Assembly: GCF_003937805.1 (NCBI RefSeq)
Contig: NZ_RSFA01000009.1
Direction: 5' to 3' (one strand)
DNA length: 24,000 bases
From: Vibrio pectenicida
Lineage (GTDB): Bacteria; Pseudomonadota; Gammaproteobacteria; Enterobacterales; Vibrionaceae
Below the pieces are notes generated by a model. That model had not been told where the DNA came from and did no database searches. It was given only the letters and a program-made list of their open reading frames with translations. The position numbers and the translations under genes were made by a program. Shown in pieces: positions 1 through 6,414 of this stretch; the first letter of the stretch is position 1, and each line of letters opens with the position of its first letter.

Positions 1-1
1 C

Positions 2-577
2 CAACGCATAGTATTTGCCTTACAGGACGAAAATAAAACAAAGTACACAATCATTTGGGTAAACAAAGGCGCACCGAGTCAACCCTTATCTAGTATCCCA
101 GGTCATGGGGTTATAAAATATTTAGAATCATCGCCCGATGGTAAGTTTACCGTTGCAGTTACGGCAAAAAATATCTACTTGCTAAATAACCAAACACAGC
201 AAATATCAAGAACAATTGATTTTGATTCAGCTGGCATAACGAACCTATTTGTCCAAAATGATAAAGCCATTGCAGTGGGTAACGGAAAAATTGATTATTT
301 CCAATTTGCTAATCTTTCGGGGCCAAAATTGCTGGTCGCCACTCATCTAATAACAGAAGAATTAGTTAAAGAATGGGGCAAAGCGCAAGAAGGTTCCACC
401 ACTTTGTACCAAATGCTGAGCCAGACTCCCCAGTACACTACGTTGGAAGCCCACCAAACCATTTCTCCATTCGAAAGCATTAATTTGGATTGGAATATAT
501 TACAAGGTGATGTGAAAAGTGTGGACATCAGTGGTACCTATCGAGGAGAAAAGATTACTATTACCAAGCCTCTATAA
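2..577 (+). CDS. Hypothetical protein, C-terminal fragment (gene starts upstream of the window)
   Basis: The frame of the listed 179..577 ORF stays open back to nt 2 (QRIVFALQDENKTKYTIIWVNKGAPSQ...), so the TTG at 179 is probably internal. No motif I recognise. Stop codon at 575-577. Confidence 0.55.
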   Translation, partial: QRIVFALQDENKTKYTIIWVNKGAPSQPLSSIPGHGVIKYLESSPDGKFTVAVTAKNIYLLNNQTQQISRTIDFDSAGITNLFVQNDKAIAVGNGKIDYFQFANLSGPKLLVATHLITEELVKEWGKAQEGSTTLYQMLSQTPQYTTLEAHQTISPFESINLDWNILQGDVKSVDISGTYRGEKITITKPL

Positions 578-586
578 TTAATGAGT

Positions 587-619
587 GTGTTGACCTGTCC
601 CTAAGTCGAACGTCAACAC
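587..619 (+). terminator. Candidate hairpin downstream of the truncated ORF
   Basis: 8-bp inverted repeat gtgttgac (587-594) / gtcaacac (612-619) with a 17-nt loop. Only a weak T-rich tail follows. Confidence 0.3.
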
Positions 620-758
620 TACTTCCTTTACCAAATGTTAGTAGCAATAAGATCAATTTATTCTATAAAATAATCCAAATTCCAGCATGCAATTACTCGA
701 CATTAGGGTTCACTACCGATATGTTTCTCAAGCATAAATATGATAACAGGACATTCTT

Positions 759-1481
759 ATGACCCCAACCATAGAGACTATCTTATCCCACCGTTCTATT
801 CGAAAATTTACTGAGCAGACGATTGAGCCAAAACAGCTCGATACCATTATTCAATCTGGGCTCGCAGCCTCCTCATCGAGCATGCTCCAAGTCGTTTCCA
901 TTATTAGAGTGACAGACCAAAGCAAACGCAAAACCTTAGCAAAATTGGCAGGAAACCAACCCTATGTGGCAAACTCAGCAGAGTTTTTAGTATTTTGTAT
1001 CGATTACCACAGACACTTTGCTATCAACCCTAAAATCAATACTGAGTATACAGAACTTACTATTATAGGTGCAGTAGACTGTGGAATAATGGCGCAAAAC
1101 TGCCTTTTAGCAGCTGAGTCACTTGGGTTAGGTGGTGTATATATTGGTGGTCTTCGAAATGCGGCAACTGAGGTTGATAAGCTCCTTGGCTTGCCCAAAC
1201 ATTGCGCCGTGTTGTTTGGTTTATGTCTTGGCTACCCTGCTCAAGATCCACAAACAAAACCCCGCTTACCAGCGAAAGTGATCATGCATGAAAACAGCTA
1301 CCAAACTTTAAATTTATCCAACATTGATAGTTACGATAAAAGGATGCAAGACTACTTCGCTAGCCGTAGCTCCAACCAAAAACAAAGCACTTGGTCTCAA
1401 GAAGTCACCACAAAGCTTGTTGGTGAGTCTCGTCCCCACATTAAAAACTACCTAAATAGTAAAGGGCTAACCAAGCGCTAA
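759..1481 (+). CDS. nfsA: Oxygen-insensitive NADPH nitroreductase, NfsA/Frp family
   Basis: 240 aa, essentially collinear with E. coli NfsA as I recall it: MTPTIE..HRSIRKFT, SSSS.LQ, AEF.VFC.D..RH, AAESLGLGGVYIGGLRN, KPRLPA, HENSYQ, ESRP. AGGA lies about 11 nt upstream of the ATG. Confidence 0.93.
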   Translation: MTPTIETILSHRSIRKFTEQTIEPKQLDTIIQSGLAASSSSMLQVVSIIRVTDQSKRKTLAKLAGNQPYVANSAEFLVFCIDYHRHFAINPKINTEYTELTIIGAVDCGIMAQNCLLAAESLGLGGVYIGGLRNAATEVDKLLGLPKHCAVLFGLCLGYPAQDPQTKPRLPAKVIMHENSYQTLNLSNIDSYDKRMQDYFASRSSNQKQSTWSQEVTTKLVGESRPHIKNYLNSKGLTKR

Positions 1482-1499
1482 TATCAATTTAGGTGAGAT

Positions 1500-1563
1500 A
1501 AAAAGCAGCACTGACTTTCATGTTCTTGGGGGTGTCAGGAGCATGTTTTTTTGACAGTGCTGC
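1500..1563 (-). terminator. Hairpin with flanking T/A runs, possibly a bidirectional terminator (nfsA on +, candidate small transcript on -)
   Basis: 9-bp GC-rich arms gcagcactg (1505-1513) / cagtgctgc (1555-1563). On the minus strand the hairpin is followed by TTTTT (complement of 1500-1504). On the plus strand a T7 run sits inside the structure and ttctttt follows it. The loop is large (41 nt) and has alternative inner pairings (ctgac/gtcag). Confidence 0.45.
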
Positions 1564-1629
1564 ATGGTTCTTTTAATCCTTGGAGTTTTTGACCTTAAAC
1601 ATTCTTCACTTCTTTTGGAGAAATTCTTC

Positions 1630-1746
1630 CTACCATTGACACAGATTAATTAAGTTAAAAATAGCAGAGCGCTCCCACTCGGATTGAGCCAGCTCTAGTC
1701 TAGCGTAATAATACGCTGTCATGTCATTATGCTTGTTCATGTACAT
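1630..1746 (-). CDS. Candidate unannotated small ORF (38 aa), divergent from the SgrR-family gene
   Basis: My own translation of the minus strand: MYMNKHNDMTAYYYARLELAQSEWERSAIFNLINLCQW*. GAGGG ends 7 nt upstream of the ATG at 1746. It is followed about 65 nt later by the 1563..1500 hairpin plus T-run. Below the ORF-track length cutoff and could be chance. Confidence 0.2.
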   Translation of the reverse strand: MYMNKHNDMTAYYYARLELAQSEWERSAIFNLINLCQW

Positions 1747-1935
1747 CGCTTTACCCTCGTTGGTTGTCTAAGCCATTATCAGGCTATATTAGGAAGGATA
1801 AAACTGAGCAATAAGAATAATATCTTTCCTATTTTTGCTTAAAATAACAATATTAAGCATTTTATTAGCTCTAATTTGGTAAAATGCGGAAAATAAAATC
1901 TAAACCAATGCTGTATTTAGTGATTTGGAGTGTTT

Positions 1936-3687
1936 ATGTCTGATCTTAATTTGCTACGCTACTATGTTCGACTTGAACCATTAGGTGTGGGTACAACCAT
2001 AAGAACGGCTCTGCCACATGTTGCTGAACGCCTATTCACGAGTCATCGCCACGCAAGAAACTTGCTTAACCAAATGCAACAGCTAGGGTGGCTTTCTTGG
2101 TTACCCAAAGTGGGAAGGCACCAAAAATCTTCTCTAGTACTAAACCTGACAACCTCAGAACTAAAATTTCAATTAGCAGGTAAGCGTGTACTGCAAGGTA
2201 AATATGAGCTTGCACTGAGTATTCTCGATAATGACACAAAAGCCTTTGGTCGCTTATTACAAAATACTTCTGGGGCCACTATGCGTGAAGGTCTGTTACA
2301 TATACAGCTGACCTATAAACGCTCCTTTGAACGTTTGGTACCGCACCAATTGCAACGCTCAAGTGAACGCTATTTACTTAGGCAAATATATTGTTGTTTG
2401 GTAAGTAGCAGCGACGAAGGCCACATAAATCCTCAGCTTGCCCACCACTGGGAGTGTGATAAAAATGGTTATCAGTGGACCTTTTATCTCAGGCCTGCAT
2501 TGACCTTTCACAATGGAGCCTCAATTGATGCCGATAGTATCGTTAGCCTATTTGCCAAGCTGTCAACTCTACCAAATTACCAAGATGAACTTGCCCATTT
2601 AGTCAGTGTCAATTCTCCGCTCCCAAATAAAGTGGTGTTTGAATTTTCAAAACCGGACCTAGGCTTTGGCGGCTTGATCTCTGGTGTAAAGTACGCCATA
2701 CAGCCAACCAGCCAAGTCAACAACTCTAACCATCTTACTGTGGTCGGTTCAGGACCATTTGAGGTCAGTGAACAATTAGAGGATCGTCTTTGCCTGCAAG
2801 CGTTTGAGCGCTACTATGGCTGCCGAGCCCTCACCGATCAAGTCACTATCTGGAAACTGGATGAAAAAGAACTCGCTAATAGACAGATTCAAACCAATCA
2901 ACCTGGCGTGCAAACCAATAATGAGTGTGAATATCACCTTTCTCACACAGATGATGCACAACATAACAGTAACAGTCAGAAATCACGCCTAGAAGATGGA
3001 TGTATGCTGGTGTTATTCAATAAATCCGCTCCCTCTGCGCTTGATAATAACCAAAAGCGCTATTTATCATGCATACTCAATCCACAGCGTGTTTATGACC
3101 AGCTCAAACTTAACCAGACACTTTTTGGTTGCAGCCACGCATACAACATACTCCCTGGATGGCCACCAGTGCTAAGACCACCAATGCCAGAAGCCAACCT
3201 GCCACCACATATCGACATTGCTGTCTATGACTACAGAGCGCTAATAGACTGTGCTCAAGCAATTAAGAGCATATTAGATAAACTGGGTATTAAAACTAAG
3301 GTCAGCATCTATTCTTATCGCAAGCTTTATGAAATGGCGCAAAACAAACAGTTAACCGAAGCGCTAGTAGTGACCAATATTAACTTGGATGACAACAAAC
3401 ATTCTTCAGCTTTTTACAATTTATATCATAACCCCGTTCTTCACTATTGTATCGGCGAGCAAGCGAAATGTTGGCTAATCGCTTCACTTGAGAGTATTCG
3501 CGAACAGACTCCTCTGGATAAATACCTTGATGCCATAGAACCCATTGCATCGACATTGATCCATCAGTACTGGCTAACGCCCCTATTTCACCATCGTCAG
3601 ACACTTCGCTTTCATGGTGTTCTTAAAAATGTTGAGCTGACCAATTGGGGCTGGCCAGACATTAAAAACGTGTGGTCAACAGACTAA
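1936..3687 (+). CDS. SgrR-family transcriptional regulator (SgrR_N winged-helix plus family-5 solute-binding-protein-like domain)
   Basis: The N-terminus (LFTSHRHARNLLNQMQQLGWLSWLPKVGRHQKSSL) resembles the E. coli SgrR N-domain as I recall it (..[30 protein letters not shown]..). The roughly 450-aa remainder has the size and feel of a periplasmic-binding-protein family-5 fold. GGAG lies 7 nt upstream of ATG 1936; the ORF track starts at GTG 1930. Confidence 0.82.
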   Translation: MSDLNLLRYYVRLEPLGVGTTIRTALPHVAERLFTSHRHARNLLNQMQQLGWLSWLPKVGRHQKSSLVLNLTTSELKFQLAGKRVLQGKYELALSILDNDTKAFGRLLQNTSGATMREGLLHIQLTYKRSFERLVPHQLQRSSERYLLRQIYCCLVSSSDEGHINPQLAHHWECDKNGYQWTFYLRPALTFHNGASIDADSIVSLFAKLSTLPNYQDELAHLVSVNSPLPNKVVFEFSKPDLGFGGLISGVKYAIQPTSQVNNSNHLTVVGSGPFEVSEQLEDRLCLQAFERYYGCRALTDQVTIWKLDEKELANRQIQTNQPGVQTNNECEYHLSHTDDAQHNSNSQKSRLEDGCMLVLFNKSAPSALDNNQKRYLSCILNPQRVYDQLKLNQTLFGCSHAYNILPGWPPVLRPPMPEANLPPHIDIAVYDYRALIDCAQAIKSILDKLGIKTKVSIYSYRKLYEMAQNKQLTEALVVTNINLDDNKHSSAFYNLYHNPVLHYCIGEQAKCWLIASLESIREQTPLDKYLDAIEPIASTLIHQYWLTPLFHHRQTLRFHGVLKNVELTNWGWPDIKNVWSTD

Positions 3688-3804
3688 AACGACTAAACGA
3701 AGTTATGTGTTTTTGGCTCAAATAATGTTTTAACACTCATCAATAAAAGGCTAATTTAAGTCAGATATCACGTAATATGAACAAACGTTTTATCTTGAGC
3801 TGGG

Positions 3805-3845
3805 AGTTTGAAATCTGTCACAAGACATTGCTTGAATTTCAAACT
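3805..3845. promoter_or_regulatory. Perfect 10-bp inverted repeat upstream of the orphan gene (operator or RNA hairpin candidate)
   Basis: agtttgaaat (3805-3814) and atttcaaact (3836-3845) are separated by 21 nt that contain a nested tgtc..gaca palindrome. The repeat sits 33 nt upstream of ATG 3878. Confidence 0.4.
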
Positions 3846-3877
3846 TGATTACGTATCTTTACACAATAAACCACTGT

Positions 3878-4825
3878 ATGGATGAACAGTTGAAGGGAAC
3901 TAAATTACAATTTCACTACTATTTTAATGATAATTCTCATGCTATGGATGCCATTATACGCAACCAGTGCGAAATTGAGATCCTTTCAATACTTTATGAA
4001 ATCGCAAATATACTCGATGCTCCTATCAAGATAGAAAGTGAAGCACATCAAGAAGGAGGATTACGTGATATTTGGAAGTTAGCCAATGCTAACGCTGGGG
4101 TTTTATCTGTCATTGTCGCAGTCGCTTCGATTGCCATACCCTTATTACCCAAATCAGATGCAGAATTAGAACGGCTGCAAAAAGAAGATTTACACCTTAG
4201 CATCCAAGAAAGAAAACTGAGAATACAAGTTCTTAAACAACAGGTTAACACCAAAGAAGTAGAGGCAGAAACGATTGAAAAAATGGTCGACTTGGTTAAT
4301 GGTAATTATAAAATTATTACACGTCGCTCCAATCTCTTTAAACACTTATGTGCTTACCCCAAAGTTACCAAAATCGGCATTAATGAGCTTAACTGTAATG
4401 GTATACCTGCAACTCCTGAGTCTCTAATTTTACGCTCTGCGTTTAAAAAATTTGTACTACCTTCTCATAAACTTCCAATACGAACCGTTGATAACGCCAT
4501 AATTGAAATCATCGCTCCCGTAATCGGCCAAGGTACATATAAGTGGAAAGGAATATGGCAAGGCCAAAATATCAATTTTTCTATGCGTGATAAATGCTTC
4601 ATACCAGATGTCTTAAACCAGAAAATGAGCTTTACAAGTGGTTCGAATATCCGATGTATCCTAAGTGTGCGATCTAAGCTGGATCACATCGGAGATATTG
4701 TTATTACAGGTTACTCTGTAGAGACTGTTCTTTCCTTTGGCATTGATGAAACACCACAAAGTAGAGTGCATCGCCATCAAAGTAACTTAGAAAAAGCGCA
4801 GGGCGATCTCTTTGCAAGTAGTTGA
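3878..4825 (+). CDS. Hypothetical single-pass membrane protein (orphan, AT-rich)
   Basis: A 315-aa open frame from ATG 3878; the track's TTG at 3845 lies inside the inverted repeat. It has one hydrophobic helix (GVLSVIVAVASIAIPLLP), a charged coiled-coil-like stretch (AELERLQKEDLHLSIQERKLRIQVLKQQV) and a beta-rich C-terminal half. No family recognised. A long ORF in visibly AT-rich DNA is unlikely to be chance. Confidence 0.65.
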   Translation: MDEQLKGTKLQFHYYFNDNSHAMDAIIRNQCEIEILSILYEIANILDAPIKIESEAHQEGGLRDIWKLANANAGVLSVIVAVASIAIPLLPKSDAELERLQKEDLHLSIQERKLRIQVLKQQVNTKEVEAETIEKMVDLVNGNYKIITRRSNLFKHLCAYPKVTKIGINELNCNGIPATPESLILRSAFKKFVLPSHKLPIRTVDNAIIEIIAPVIGQGTYKWKGIWQGQNINFSMRDKCFIPDVLNQKMSFTSGSNIRCILSVRSKLDHIGDIVITGYSVETVLSFGIDETPQSRVHRHQSNLEKAQGDLFASS

Positions 4826-4831
4826 ACTCTT

Positions 4832-5209
4832 TTATAACTCAGCTACTTTTGGGCTAAAGACTCGAATACGATGACCATCAGGATCTATTGCCACAAAATT
4901 AACGCCAAACGACAATTGTATTGGATGCTGAGCAAATTCAACCAATTGACCTTTCCAGCTTTGATAGAGTTGCTGAAGCTCTATCAAGTCTGAAACTACA
5001 ACAGATAATTCACTACCGCCCCCTATAATACTGCTTACGGGCGTTAAGTCTGTATTTTGTTTTAGTGTCACTGTGATATTATTTGCAAAATTAATCGCAA
5101 CAAAAGTGGGGGATAAGATTGTCGACTCACACCCAAGCACTTGGGTGTAAAACCGTTGGCTAACCTCAATATCTTTAACATAAAGAACTACAGAATCAAT
5201 AGTAAGCAT
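4832..5209 (-). CDS. VOC-family (glyoxalase/bleomycin-resistance/dioxygenase fold) protein
   Basis: 125 aa. The N-terminal beta-alpha-beta-beta-beta signature (IDSVVLYVKDIEVSQRFYTQVLG) and the C-terminal F.DPDGHRIRVF are typical of small VOC proteins. Confidence 0.78.
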   Translation of the reverse strand: MLTIDSVVLYVKDIEVSQRFYTQVLGCESTILSPTFVAINFANNITVTLKQNTDLTPVSSIIGGGSELSVVVSDLIELQQLYQSWKGQLVEFAQHPIQLSFGVNFVAIDPDGHRIRVFSPKVAEL

Positions 5210-5398
5210 TTCATTTCCTTGAACTGGTAAAGTAAGTGAACAATGGCATTAATATAATCCATACCATTGTCAAAACCTGTCAGGAGAGTTGTATTAAATG
5301 TTAAACAAAAACAGTTGAGGCTATATTAAGTACATAAGGCAACACATACTTTAAAGCCGATATGTAATGATTAAAAGCTTAGTTAGAAGCATAAAGAT

Positions 5399-6400
5399 CT
5401 ACTCAATAGAATTTTCATCTTTAAGGCTCCATTTGTGGTAGATTTCCCTGATCTCATCCTCTAGGCCTAAAAAAATCTCTACTAAATCTGGATCAAAGTG
5501 TGAACCAGAATTATTTTTAATTTCAATCAGCGCTTCTTCTATTGACCAAGCTTTTTTGTAAGGTCGCTCCATAGTCAGAGCATCAAACACATCGCAAATC
5601 GCTACAATCCTTGCACCTTGTGGTATCTGTTGACCCACTAAACCTTCAGGATATCCGGTACCATCCCAACGTTCATGATGCGATTTTGCGACGTCTGCGC
5701 CTAATTGGAATACAGGGTTAGAAGACATAGATAATATTTCGTGTCCAATCTCTGAATGTTTCTTCATAACCACCCATTCATCATCATCCAACCCTCTTGG
5801 GGCTTTTAGAATCGCATCAGGTATGCCGATTTTACCAGTGTCATGTAATGGTGCGGCTAGCTCCAACCGGTTATAATTTTCATAATCCCAACCCACAGCT
5901 TTAGCTAATAATTTACAATACTCCGCCATACGCCAAATATGGCTGCCAGTATCGGTATCGTTATAGTGACCAGCGACACCCAGCATTCGAATTGCTGATA
6001 GCGCCAAGGAATCGACTTCAGCCAACCGTGTCAGTGAGAGGTGAGTCGCCACACGTCGAAGTACAATAGCTGGAGAGAATGGCTTCGTAATATAATCGAC
6101 GGCTCCTAGGTCAAAACCCATTGACTGATCGTCGGTATCATCCTTGGCAGAAATAAAAATAACAGGAATATGAGAGGTCTCAGGGTTACGCTTTAGCCTG
6201 CGGCAGACTTCAAAGCCATCCATATCTGGCATCATGATATCGAGTAAAATAATATTAGGTTGAGGAGATGTACTGGCCAGCTTTAACGCTTTCTCACCAT
6301 TTGTTGCAGCTCTGACCGAGTAATTTCCTTTCTCCAGTACACTTTTTAGAATACGGATGTTATCCGGCACATCGTCAACAACTAAGATAGTTTTGTCCAT
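5399..6400 (-). CDS. Response regulator with HD-GYP output domain (RpfG-type c-di-GMP phosphodiesterase)
   Basis: REC domain: ILVVDDVPDN, phospho-acceptor context LLDIMMPDMDG, ITKPF. HD-GYP domain: LHDTGKIGIPD, HHERWDGTGYPEGL. The start lies 14 nt after the kinase stop. Confidence 0.93.
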   Translation of the reverse strand: MDKTILVVDDVPDNIRILKSVLEKGNYSVRAATNGEKALKLASTSPQPNIILLDIMMPDMDGFEVCRRLKRNPETSHIPVIFISAKDDTDDQSMGFDLGAVDYITKPFSPAIVLRRVATHLSLTRLAEVDSLALSAIRMLGVAGHYNDTDTGSHIWRMAEYCKLLAKAVGWDYENYNRLELAAPLHDTGKIGIPDAILKAPRGLDDDEWVVMKKHSEIGHEILSMSSNPVFQLGADVAKSHHERWDGTGYPEGLVGQQIPQGARIVAICDVFDALTMERPYKKAWSIEEALIEIKNNSGSHFDPDLVEIFLGLEDEIREIYHKWSLKDENSIE

Positions 6401-6414
6401 ACTTATCTCTTACT

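Noticed and set aside
5240-5270. A 7-bp inverted repeat (acaatgg / ccattgt, 17-nt loop) between the HD-GYP RR stop and the VOC gene start, considered as the operon terminator.
   Set aside because: The stem is short and AT-rich with a large loop and only a weak T tail. That is insufficient to call a terminator, and it could equally be an operator for the VOC gene.
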